A DNA stretch of 64,000 nt. Origin: Perkinsus olseni (lineage: Eukaryota). This document shows positions 1 to 11,769 of this stretch, piece by piece. The stretch spans positions 1-64,000 of the forward strand of contig JABANN010000062.1 in NCBI GenBank assembly GCA_013115125.1, written 5' to 3'. A program made the position numbers and the translations under genes. A model generated the notes under the pieces. That model ran no database searches, had not been told where the DNA came from, and saw only the letters and a program-made list of their open reading frames with translations. How positions within the stretch are numbered: position 1 is the stretch's first letter; each line of letters opens with the position of its first letter.

Positions 1-165
1 GCAACGGCCTTATCCGCCAAATAGACTTCTGAATGGTATAGATATCCTCGACCCCCATATAGGCAACGGCCTTATCCGCCAAATAGACTTCTGAATGGTA
101 TAGATATCCTCAACCCCCATATAGGCAACGGCCTTGTCCGCCAAATAGACTTCTGAATGGTATAG
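1..165. repeat. 62-bp tandem minisatellite (~2.7 copies visible, may extend beyond window start)
   Basis: Unit GCAACGGCCTTATCCGCCAAATAGACTTCTGAATGGTATAGATATCCTCGACCCCCATATAG at 1-62 and 63-124, partial at 125-165; probably intronic in the Rad16-like gene. Confidence 0.95.
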
Positions 166-191
166 TACTACTCAAATATTCTTAGCTGATT

Positions 192-3100
192 CTACCTGCC
201 CCCACGCTGGTTGCGAAATATGCATGAAGGCGACTCGAATGTAAACGAAGGCGGAGGTGTTCGATGGCTAGGAGATATACTCACCGTGCCAAGAGTGATC
301 TCGACCTGCTCAAGACATGCCGGACACTCGACGGGGTCAGCTGACAGTTCGTCACCGATCCACTGACGGATACACTCACTGAATGATGAAGAGCAATGCA
401 AGAGTTGACATCAAGAATAGCAGAGGAAATCAGCGATGAGAGTCGGTAGCTAGAGGTGTCAGAACATTCCTGGTCAGCGTCACGATCTCAGCGGAAAGAG
501 GGGCAGATGATGGTGCTGCGCTAGTGCAGCAGCGCCACCGAGCCAGTCACCACAGCGAACTCCCCTCACTTGTGAAAACGATCCCCGCAGCTGCTTCGCG
601 CCATGGCTTCTCCTTCAACAGGCGGCCTCTGTGAGATCTCGTCGTGACAGATCATCTGATGAACCGGCAGGGGTACATCGCAAAAGCTAAAAAGACCATC
701 ATGCTCTTGTCCTTGAATTCGGCTATTATTAGGACTCTCAGATTTTAGTGTCGAATTTTCGGATAGCTATCTGGGTCATCCGCGCCCCAGCCCGGTTTGG
801 ACTAAACCGTAGATTCAACATATTAGTCTAGTTCCGTCCCCAGTCGATGCGAAGACCCTGATCTGACATCTTAGTCACAATGAGTGTGAAAGATCTGTCA
901 CGAGTGTCGAAGTGTCACGAGTCAAGAAGTCACTATTCGAGCCCCTCGATCAGATCTCAGATGATGATGTGGATGCGGCTTTCATTGGTGAGCTGTGAGC
1001 CCTGCCTGAGTATCGGGAAGCAGACCCAGCGGTACTTATCCGCTGCTGTTTGAGTAGCAACTATGAGAGCTAAAGCGAGTGGGTATTATCTTCAGAGGAG
1101 CCGCGCTTATCCAACGTAGTAAATACCTCTCCAACTGAGCGATCCCCGGACTCACACATTCCACGCGGCCCTTCATCGCCTCACGAAACTTAATCAGGAG
1201 ACCACTGTTAGCCGCCTGAGAAACAATTACATAACTACCACTAAGTCGCGGTCAGATGAATATAACTCACCGCCGCGCGGTGATAGGTCGGGTCCGATCA
1301 CTCTTCGTCTCTCTCCTTCTCAACCCTCCCGCAGAGATGACGGACCATCGACCATTTATCAAGAGCTACTACGAGACCCGCCCTGACCGAGCTCACTTGT
1401 CTAAGCCTCATAAGGAGGACTAACAGCTCCGAGATTTTCGCCTCGAGCATGCCCTCCTCAGCGAGCTGCTCCACCTTATCCTGATACTGCTTGGCAAGGT
1501 CATCATAGAACGCCTGCTCCTCAGGCGCAAGCCGTACGAAGCGCGTGTCCATGATAAGCTTTGGCAAGCGAATATCTTCATCACGTTCCAATTTCGTGCG
1601 CCGCAGAAGTATGTTGCCGAAAATTTTCCGCAGCAGCTGAAGAGCTTGCCGACCTTCGGCAGAGTTTGCACTCCTGATAAAAATTTCGAGGGACCTCACC
1701 AAGGATCCAACTCGGGCATCTCTCGCCCGAGTTGCAATCCCGACTTACTTCACCGTGATGGGCTTAGTGATGTGTCGCCGAAAGTATGACCAATGACTCC
1801 GGCGTGAATGCTCGCATTTCATACAGCGAGTACGCGAGTCAAAGGGGCCGAAGTTGAGAGACTTACAATCACACTGGGAGCAGAAGTAATGCGAGAAGGG
1901 GTCAAGCTTTAGGAACCTAGACAAGCGATATCATCGATATCACTAATTGGTATATAAGACGCCAAAGAGTGGATAGATTCATTATACTTTCATTCAGACA
2001 GTGCAAGCGCCGATCGCCAAGTGGTGCATTGACAATGCAGCATTGTACAGTAGAGCAATAAGTAGGAGTCATGAGGCTCAGTAAAATTTGTACTGAGCCT
2101 ACTGTATGGCTCTATGAAGAAACTCACCTGACCAGGGCATACAAGTCTCCTACACGATTCTGAAAAGGTGTACCGCTCACAGCCCATCGATTGGTAGCAC
2201 GGAGATGGTATCTGGACAACCAAAGTGCAGGAAAAGGGCTGCCAGGGCCTCAGGGTGCAGTGACGGACATCGCCTTTGCCGTACTATTGGTACGGCCTTT
2301 TATGCGGTGGGCCTCATCTAAGATGACACGGCTCCACTGCACGCTATGCGGACCGTTGCCCTGTTCCAAGGCCCTACGCTGCTGCCCTGAGAAAACAAAA
2401 GCCCATATCAAGCAGTCCTTCGATGCGTGCGCGCTCGCAAACCGTACCACCGTACCCGGCTTGCAAAGATATGACGAAGCTAGAGCGGCAACAGTGCTAC
2501 AGAGAACCACCCGAAAATATCGATCGTGGCGGACTGTCGCCCACAGCTCCGCTTCGAGAGTCCAGGACTCTGAGTCCTCACTGTAAGATATGACGCGTTT
2601 CATTGCACTGTGACGTTTCCGTACGACTACAAATTCAAAGTGCTCACGAATGTCCAGACAACAACAAAGCACGACCAACGCCAAGCCACTTACTTCGGAT
2701 ACGACGGACCGACCGAGGCGTACTCCGCTTGATGGTCTTCCGGACCGGAGTCAACGCCACCTCCGATTTCACCTTCGACCCACCGCTGGTCTTGGTCATA
2801 CCACTCCCTCTGCCGCTGGGGCTCCCCTCCGGCTTCACCACCGATTTGCCCCCCCGGTCCGGCGTCCTGTACTTCTGGCACCCCATCTCCCTCTTTACCG
2901 ACTCTCGCGACTTCACGCCAATCGCATCAATCTTCTTCTTCTGGTACTTGAGGATACAGTGGCGCTGGTGAGCTGCCAGAGAGTTCATTCTGAAACCCTC
3001 CTTGCAATAATCACAGATGACGGTCTCGAAGACGGCGGTGAGGGTGCGGTACTGACTCTCCAGTGTGTTGTACGACGTGATAACCACGTCGTACTGCTCC

Positions 3101-4517
3101 AACTCCGCCTTCCCCGATTTCTTCGTCCCATGGTAGACGTAGACCTTGAGCAGCCCTGGCGGAGTCACGCTCCGTCGTATCTCCTCTTCCCATACCACTA
3201 TCGCCGCCAGCGGGCACACCACCAGGGTGGGGCCCTTAACTTGCTGGCGGCGTTTCACGATCAGGGCGATCATCTGCAGAGTCTTCCCCATGCCCATCTC
3301 ATCAGCGAGGACCCCACCCCTGCAGGCAGCCTCCTCCTCCTGGTTGCACATCCAGGCCAAGCCCTCGTGTTGGTAGGGGAGTAGGTGAGTCACCAGCTGA
3401 GAGAGAGCGACACATGCAGGTGTGGTTCTAGGACACAATCTATGGCAGCGTTGCAGCCTGTCTTTGACACTGAATTGCCAGGGCTGATGTAGTAATCGTG
3501 CATGCTTCACAGTCTGTAGTCGATAGCGAGGCCATGTTAGTGACTACGACTACTATGGACTACAGTGTAGTCACGATATCCAGCCTATAGTAATTCCTTG
3601 GTTGCTTAACGCGACCCCACGGTTGGGTCACGTAGAGCAAGAGTATGCCTGTTGTTCTCTACAGCGACCCTGCAGTTGTCTATAATGAGTGTACGGCCTT
3701 TACCGTATTCCTACTGTTGCCTGTAGTCAGTCTATTGTTGTGCAAAGAAGGCTATGACTCTCTACAGTGTGCCTGTTGTTCTCTACAGTGTGCCTATTGT
3801 TCTCTACAGTGTGCCTATTGTTCTCTACAGTGTGCCTATTGTCCTCTATAGTGTGCCTATCGTTGTCTATAGTGTGCCTATTGTTCTCTATAGTGTGCCT
3901 ATTGTTCTCTACAGTGTGCCTATTGTTCTCTATAGTGTGCCTATCGTTGTCTATAGTGTGCCTATCGTTGTCTATAGTGTGCCTATCGTTGTCTATAGTG
4001 TGCCTATTGTTCTCTATAGTGTGCCATCGTTGTCTATAGTGTGCCTATTGTTCTCTATAGTGTGCCTATTCTTGCTCTTAAGTGAGACTACCATCCTCCC
4101 TAACGAGCTTGTATTGTCTACAACGAGCCTAGCGTCTTCTGCGTCGCGCCTATTGTTGTCGCACGAACCTGAAGCCGCCTAAAGTAAGCCTAATGTTGTC
4201 TAATTTAGACAGTCTAAAGCGAAACTATAATCGCCAAAGCCGCGCCAACAATTGCCTACAGCCATCCTGTCGTTGCCTCAAGAGAGAGCCCACCGTTGAA
4301 AGCCCCACCCGATATCTTCCTCCTTCACCCAGCTTACTTCTTCCGGTGGGTCGAATCGACCTACCAGCTCCCTTGAGACCACCCTAGAGTTGTCAGGCAG
4401 CCTCAAATCCAGATTCATAGTCTCCATCTTTTCGATCTCCTCGACGAAGCTCCTCTCAGTCACTTCGGAAGCCACGGACTCGGTGTCAGAGTTGTCACTC
4501 GCGTCTTGCGAATCCAT
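192..4517 (-). CDS. Rad16/Rad5-like SNF2 helicase with RING finger (multi-exon; C-terminal helicase domain presumably beyond window start)
   Basis: ATG at 4517 (MDSQDASD...PPEE) splices to LVTHLLPYQHEGLAWM; GGVLADEMGMGKT (motif I), TLVVCP, YDVVITSY, WSRVILDEAHRIK (motif II), Rad16-type FCSQCDCKS..CMKCEH insert (~1750-1915), LLRRTK, LLMRLRQ, RING pieces CGDRFH..ECIRQW..CPAC (~270-600). Confidence 0.88.
3757..4070. repeat. 21-bp minisatellite (~15 copies) in intron 1 (3397-4337) of the Rad16-like gene
   Basis: Unit CTCTA(C/T)AGTGTGCCTA(T/C)(T/G)GTT-like, repeated directly, with degenerate flanks; the intron is bounded by a GTAAGC donor at 4337 and an AG acceptor at 3397 on the minus strand. 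Confidence 0.95.
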
Positions 4518-4826
4518 TCCAATGAAAACCGTTTCAAAACTAATGGTTGGTACCAACTCGAAGCGATCCGGCAGCGGAATGCAGATGAGAACCCCAGAAG
4601 CGATCATGACAGAAGCCTCCCTCAGTGGGCTCCATTCGCACCCATACTAGTGCACAATAGAAGAGCAGGCTCCAAGCGAGCGACCCGTTGCTCCTCAGTA
4701 GCTCCCAGTATGACGACCCCCTACCCCTGCCCTTCGACATACACTCCCCTTGAACCCCCATGAACCCGTGTGACAAACTAACGCGAACCCTCCGACGAGT
4801 ACTGCAAATTTACTGTGAGTGCATCG

Positions 4827-7800
4827 TCACCCAGCCACGATATTCTGAGTCAACAACAACCTATCAGCCTCCGACAGCTCTTGAGGGCTCATATCATCAC
4901 TGCCACCGCTTGAGTCGGGGCCTTCCACGGGCAGTTCTGAGAGGGCCAAGGCGATACTCAAGTCCGAGTGTACAAATTGAAGCACTCACTTGGCTGCGCA
5001 GCATCCACCCCTCTCACACGGGCTGGACTATTGAGTAAGCCACCAGAACGGTTATCCCTCATCCAGAGGAGCGCACCGACACCGATGGAAGCTGTGCCGA
5101 TGAAAAAGAAGAATCTTTCCACAGCTAGGTAGGAGCCCGCAGATGAGCCTGTCAAGGAAGAAGGAGTAAGATCTCAGAAGGTGAGATCGATGAGTATCAA
5201 CGGTAGAGTACATGTGGCCCACGATGAGGGAAGACCGACTCACGCCAGCAATCCAGAGGCGTAGACCACCTGCTCGAAAGAGCAGAGAACAAACGACATC
5301 GAGAAGGGACGACCGAACACGACGACCAATCTCGTCTGCCGTGCCGGCTGAGACCGCCGAGTGCTCGTAAACTTACGTATATGAGCCACGATAACCGGCG
5401 TTACTGCCAAACCGAAATTCTGTGCTGCCGTCGTCACGCCATAGGCTGCACCTACAGGAAAGAGTGAAGACGGTAGACAGAAGGACAGAAAAAGAGAAAA
5501 GACAGAAGGAGGGGCCGATGGATCAGTCGAGCCACCCGACTGGAGCGGGGCGGTGCGCCCGTACATACGAGGGCTGTGAGAGGGTCGCCAGTTCTACCCC
5601 AGTGGCGACATTTTGGACCGGAAAAACTCCAAATACCTCGGTGATCGCGACATGGAAAGCGATGACATGAGAGAAAGCAATGCTGTTATTCATGGTTCAT
5701 ATGACATGCTTCCCCACTAGGTTACTAACAATCGTAAGAGCCCCGGCGAATCACTCACCAGTCTTCCTAGGTGGTACTGTCGCTGCCACCAATGGCCATA
5801 CAGCAGAAGCGAACACTGTATAAGATATCCCCAACAATGCCATTGATATAACCTTAGCAACAATAGTGGACAAGAGCAGTGAAAGATGGCCCCGATATTA
5901 CTGGATCTACGAGAGGCAACATGACGTGTGCCAGTGTGGCCATTGTGAAACTCGCCAGAAGGAAATGTATCCGGTAGCCCAATTTGTCTATGCAAATTCC
6001 AGCGATTGGCGAACCAAGCGCCGAGACTCCAAAGAGTATCTGAAAGTGATAACCTCAGGGAAGAGGAAGTCAAAGAGGAGAATCATAGCGAATTGGAGTG
6101 TAGGAAAGATAAGATATGTACCCAAGGGCAACTAAGTAATGGTGGGACTGGATCGAGAGCACTCATTTGGGCTCCAAAGACAAGGACTCCTCGCCGAGGA
6201 GAGAACACTACGTCGAGTCCAAAGACGCGAGCACTTGAAAACAAGTAGGCGATGCCAAGACCAACAACGCCAGGCGAACTACATAAGTGACAAGATTTGA
6301 TGGAACAGCACTAATGCGAGAGACCTCAAGCTTAAGAACTACGCCACGCAGAGAAAGATACCAGCTACGTCAAGATCTAACACGGGGAAGCGATGATCCG
6401 AGAGAAGACGGTTAAGAGGACAGCTCAGCTCCACTACCCCCATGATCTGTCCAACTCTGATATGCACAGCCTCTTTCTTCATTGTGGGGTACCACACTTC
6501 AACGAAGAAGGCGGCCGCTATGTTGTTGAAGGGTAATATCATCGCATAGGTCAGGACGCAGCCCAGGCATACCAACCAAAACTCCACAGAAAACGACAGG
6601 GATGATCGGAGGCTGAAGGACAAAGAGCTGACATAAGCACTCCGTGAGATTATATATTATTTCCAGTCCCATATGGCCCCCATGGGATGCTAGTATATCA
6701 GCAGCGGATAAATACATCGTCGCAAGGCCATATAACGGAGTTTCGTATCCTAGTTTCACATCACCGCGCTCCTCGGCACGTACCTTATTTTACTTGCACA
6801 GTCCGTACGACGATTATAGTACACTTATACGACATGACCACACCTATCGTTGAAGCCTTGCATCAGGTCGCTATATCGTTATCCCACTGAGAGTTATCAC
6901 GAGGGAGGGTAATAGTTTGGACGAAAAAGTTTACATGCTCCGACACCACTGGCCAAGAGTGCGCGAAAGAGCCCTTATCGAATGAAATGAGTCGGAACTC
7001 TCTCAGAAAGATTCCAGCCGTTAATAACGGCCCGTTGTCATTACTTTTCTCCGACGCTCTCACTAGGATTCTCCTCCACTTTAGCATCCTCATTAGTATA
7101 CTGGGCGAAGCGACACAGCGCCAAGGTAAGTACGACTGTACCTATTAAGATCGGTAAAGGGGAAAGAATCGCATGCACAAGAAAGTCACCACCGATGAGC
7201 CACTATCTAGGGCGTTCACTCGGCCGGTACCATGACGACAAACAGAGAAGAAGACCGACGGCTCCTCCCCGGACTTACTTGCTACTGCTATCAGACCCGC
7301 TACGAACGCTCCTGTCACCTGACCAATACAACTAGTCTCATCGGCCTAGTTCCTGCCTCTCACCCCGTAGTGGGCCTCTATACCAGGCGATAGCAGGTCG
7401 TTGAGGACCGAGCCGAAACGGGCCACTGAGAGATTGAGCCCCAGAGCGAAGGCAATCTGATGGCCTCTGAACCACTCAGCCAGGAGGGTCGTCTGCGCCA
7501 CCTGCCGGTTCACGGCATCGCAAAGACATCCGAAAGCCCTTCTCACATTCATGCTTTCCCCGCCAAGTCCGTAGACAACCCTCCCCAACAACACTGTGCC
7601 CATCGAGAGGCGATATGTGCCGATACACTGCAGCAGCTGGCCGATGAACAATAGTACTGCGAGGAGTAGTAGCATAGACCTGAGCGGTCGCTGCTGCTGG
7701 TACGGTTCCGATCCGCAGCGAGAAATGAGACCCAGTCAGAACATTGGAAATGCTACAACTGCTGAAGTATTATCAACCAAAATATCCACTCTTTCTGCGG

Positions 7801-8513
7801 CGTTTCTATCGTGGTCGACCAGAAAAATACCGAGTATTCCGGGACTCTCCTTGTTCGGCCGTAAGGGCCTTACGGTAAGGCAGTGCTGATGAACTCAGAC
7901 TCTGCTATGTGCTTGAAGACCCCGACTATGACCCGTCCGGGAAGTCCTTCTTTCTCTATTCGGACGCGCTTGAAGAAGCGTTCTTTCCCGGTAAAAACGA
8001 CTTTGAGTGACACTGACTATCAATAGTCATTTTCAGAAAAAGAAAATGGCTTTCAGGGCCTGGATAAGGCCCGGTGACAAAGCGACGCTAGGAGTATCAC
8101 CGGACCTAGTCCCAGCACGTACTGCAAACGAGTGATAAACAGAGTCAATTGTGAAGCCCTCATTCCGTCCAAAAGTTCCACACAGTCATGGTTGCAGCAC
8201 CCACCTTATCCCCATCCATTCCATCGATACTCCGAGTACCAGAGGGGTGATCATGTTGGGCAAGGCATAGACCGTGTAAAGGAGGTTGAAGTAGTAGGTG
8301 TACTCCTCCTCCGTCATACGGCTGTCCTCACCTGTGCAGACACACCTCGAACCCTCCGGGCTCCGCAGTACGCTCACCCATGAAGCGCGCCTTCATCTGG
8401 TCGTTTATCGCAGAGGGGATATCATAGGCGTAGTATTGGCCAGAGAGCGCTAAGCACGCCAGAGCCAGTACAACCCATCTCAAGTTCACCGCTGGGGCCT
8501 CGGTAGTTGACAT
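4827..8513 (-). CDS. Major facilitator superfamily transporter, MFSD1-like (multi-exon; 3' end approximate)
   Basis: MSTTEAPAVNLRWVVLALACLALSGQYYAYDIPSA; FNLLYTVYALPN; LLGRVVYGLGGES; VAQTTLLAEWFRGHQIAFALGLNLSVARFGSV; FWLVCLGCVLTYAMILPFNNIA; GAAYGVTTAAQNFGLA. These match my recollection of MFSD1-family motifs. Confidence 0.85.
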
Positions 8514-9425
8514 TTTAAAATCATTGCTGCAAAAGCAGTACGGCGATCCCTGCAGCTCGTCCGATGGAACAGCGGATAAAACCTGAGCCTTCCTTCCCGT
8601 ATGGCGAAGAACCCTAGCCGGTGAAACGATTGAAGCCGGTGAAACGATTGAAGCTTTCCTCATACATCGTGCTGTACATGATACACTCGCCCCGTCTCTC
8701 GGCACAAAGGGCGCAGCCGCCGGCTGTCATCACGCCAAAAATACTGATTAATGGTCTAAATCACACCTACCCATTTCCGCCCTCTTTTAACAACCCAACA
8801 TGCAGCAGTATGAAACAACGCGAGCCTGAACTATATAGTACTTCGCTGTCACCACAGGCAAGGCCAATGGCACCCACACCGGTGACAGCGGCGGTGACAG
8901 CCTTTTTAGAGTGGGGTCGTGAGTCGAAGGAATCAATCCATAGCAACATGGAAAGACCCGTACCAAATACATGTATTTCAACATCAAGAGCGAGTGCGGT
9001 TCGGCTAAGTGTGGCAGGAAGTCCTGTTGAGCCTCGTCATCATCGTAACCGACAAGACTAGGAATAAAAAGTAAAACATCATATGCCACACCAAGCGAGA
9101 GAACAGCAACTACGCTCCTGGGTACATGATAAAAAATCGTAAGCCACAGTAGATTGCCACCTGTCCTAGCGGCATTATAAACAAAGAGATCATCACCGCC
9201 AAGGACAGCCTCCGCTGCTTGACGGTAACGCCATCGACTATATATTAGAGCCTACTCACGAAGCCTACTTTATACTCTTATCGTCAAGAGAAGCAGCAGT
9301 TAATACAGGAAAACAACAGGGCAAACGACCAGAGGTCAGATTGCTGAGACAAGGCAGCACATCGAGGCCCTTCTGAGGTGAGACAACGAGAAGGCAGTGG
9401 GCTAGATGGTAGCCACTCATCTGCC

Positions 9426-11009
9426 TTAGCTGCTCCAGAAACCCAATAACCACCAGTAGCCGAAGCCAATGCTGATGAGCTCAACGAAATTGACACAGAG
9501 GACCACAAATCCACAGCCCCACCACTGCTTGTTGGTGACATATCCCAATCCAAAGAAGGCTGGATTAGGAGCAGAAGTATAGGGTGTCAGATTGCCTGAC
9601 CAAGTGCAAGTTGCCAAAGCACGGCATGCAACCTCAGGGTCAACACCAGCGGACAGAGCGATCTGAATGAAGGCTGGGTAAAGGGCCGAGACATGGGCTG
9701 TGATAGAGGCGAAGACGTATTGTGTAGCATAGAAGATCAGACATACGACCAAGAGGCATGCATAGGGAGGCAACGAGCTCAGATCTATGAGATCGGCTAG
9801 CCAGATCCAAAAGCCCTTGGCCTTCAACTCAGAAGCCAACATTACCAGTACAGAGAACCACAGCAACAAATTGAAGGCCCCCTTGTTACTGATGACGTTG
9901 TCTTTAATAGTAATCACTCCACACAGTAACATCACCGATACACCCATCGCCGCAACTTCGGTACTCGAGAAGGGGAAGATAGACTTGACCGTAGACGATA
10001 AGATCCACAACAAAACCACACCAAGGAAGACAGCAAGCATTGTGATCTCCAACGGCTTCATACGGCCCATCTCTTTCAACTGGTCCTCTGCGACCTTCTT
10101 TGCCTCAGGAGTTTTCTTGATCTCTGGCTTCAATAGGAAGTACATCTCGATCGGCACTAAAGCTAATACAATGATGCCAACAGGAGCTTGTGAGGCTGCA
10201 AAAGATACCCAGGAAAGATGCACCCCGACGTCCTCCATGAAAGTAACCATCATCGCATTCCAGGCCCCACCAGTAAGCCAGCAGGGAGCAGCCAAAGCGT
10301 TAGCGGTGATCTCTACCATTACAATGTAAGTTCCTATGCGATTCTGGGTACCCATTTCAGGATCCGACTGGAAGGCATCTCTCGCTAGTGGATGTAAGAT
10401 TAGTAACATCACACCAGCTCCTCGTGCTGTGCAAGAGGGTATTGCCAAGGCCAGTATAAGCTCACAGATACAAATACCATAACCCAGGCCTATGGTCGTT
10501 GACCCGACGTACTTGAGAACGATGAAGCACATGCGCTTGCCCAAACCAGTGGTGACGAAACCAGCGGATATAAAGTAAGCGAAGATAATAAGCCACACAG
10601 AAGAGTTAGAGAAGCCCGACAACATCTCGGCCGTGGTCAGTACTCCTGTTACAGAGCAAATACCAATTGCCACTATACACACACCGGCAAGGGGTAAGGG
10701 CTCCAAAACAGCAGCGATGATAGTGCAAAGGAAGACGATGAAGAGGTCCCATGTGTTGGAGCCAAGTCCCGGCGGAACTATCCACCACAGTATCAAGCCT
10801 ACGATGAAGATACCAGCGATCTTTGGGATGTTGGCCCCCGGCCAGACGTTTTGATGCCAATCCCGCAGCTGTTGCCATCTAGTCTTGAAGGCACCTTTGT
10901 GACCCTTCGAGTCAGCAAACTTGGTAGACGACGGTGAGGACTCGACGACCTCATCCTCGGACAGAGGTAACTTGTTGGACTCGACTTCCTTGACCACTGC
11001 CGTTGGCAT
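9426..11009 (-). CDS. DASS-family (CitT/DiT-like) di/tricarboxylate transporter, copy 1 (intronless)
   Basis: Uninterrupted ORF of ~527 aa from first ATG at 11009, many TM segments, LSGFSNSSVWLI, TGLGKR, IPSCTARGAG, PEIKKTP, FASITAH, LTPY..PAFFGLGYV..WW. Confidence 0.93.
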   Translation of the reverse strand: MPTAVVKEVESNKLPLSEDEVVESSPSSTKFADSKGHKGAFKTRWQQLRDWHQNVWPGANIPKIAGIFIVGLILWWIVPPGLGSNTWDLFIVFLCTIIAAVLEPLPLAGVCIVAIGICSVTGVLTTAEMLSGFSNSSVWLIIFAYFISAGFVTTGLGKRMCFIVLKYVGSTTIGLGYGICICELILALAIPSCTARGAGVMLLILHPLARDAFQSDPEMGTQNRIGTYIVMVEITANALAAPCWLTGGAWNAMMVTFMEDVGVHLSWVSFAASQAPVGIIVLALVPIEMYFLLKPEIKKTPEAKKVAEDQLKEMGRMKPLEITMLAVFLGVVLLWILSSTVKSIFPFSSTEVAAMGVSVMLLCGVITIKDNVISNKGAFNLLLWFSVLVMLASELKAKGFWIWLADLIDLSSLPPYACLLVVCLIFYATQYVFASITAHVSALYPAFIQIALSAGVDPEVACRALATCTWSGNLTPYTSAPNPAFFGLGYVTNKQWWGCGFVVLCVNFVELISIGFGYWWLLGFWSS

Positions 11010-11769
11010 TACCTCCAATTCGGAAAAATGAAATTAAAGCTGAGTACAAGGCCCCAGATCTGTACCAGCCTTCCTATCATATATTAGCGCATGTAAAAGA
11101 GAAATCGCTAGATACTATACGTGAAGGCCGCAAGCTCCATAGCACAACAATAATCCAATTCGCCCCTTCTTGCTCGCCTCAGTGCGAGTCTTCAGCCCCG
11201 CCAAGATGCACTTTCCGGTGCCTCCCGCTCGGGTCACTGCTGCTCCGAGTTATCCCCATCATCGCTAACCCCACTCGCATTGTCATTACCCGGTAATCGT
11301 GCCATCTTGGCGTCTATGCAGTGCCCTTCCTCAAAAGTTCCAAGATCATCGTGCAAGCACAGCGCTGCACCCAAGGCTACACAATACCGCCAATGGCTCC
11401 GTACGACACAATTCGGCACTGACTGGGACCCATCGAGACATCCTGACTTGCATTCTCAGGGCTCCCCGGTAGGGAGCTCGACCCGGCCTGTGAGACTACC
11501 ACCGGTCAGTTTCCACGCCACGTTGTGTCTATGGTCCACGCTCGTATACCCCTTCTCTCCCTGTCACAGAACACAACCAGAAATTACCCGGGAAAAGTCG
11601 TACGCAAATAATAAAACTCTAGAATCAATACTCAGAGTGTCAAACTCGAAACCACTTCCGTTCACTTACATCGGAAAGAAGAAAACTTTGGCCTCCATAA
11701 AACGCGAAGAGAGAGCGCTTGGGTTCAACGTGACCACAGAGTTAGAACCCAATAAGCGAAGCGCTGCTA

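Noticed and set aside
1-165. CRISPR-like array
   Set aside because: Units are contiguous without unique spacers; eukaryotic context, no cas genes.
3645-4182. Plus-strand ORFs of VLYSVPI / VCLLFST repeats
   Set aside because: By-products of the 21-bp intronic minisatellite.
8616-8652. 18-bp direct repeat (AGCCGGTGAAACGATTGA x2) upstream of the MFS gene
   Set aside because: Simple local duplication; no evidence of function.
11301-11311. GCCATCTTGGC partial spliced-leader match
   Set aside because: Only 11 nt, lacks TCAAG, and is on the opposite strand to the adjacent DASS genes; compatible with chance.
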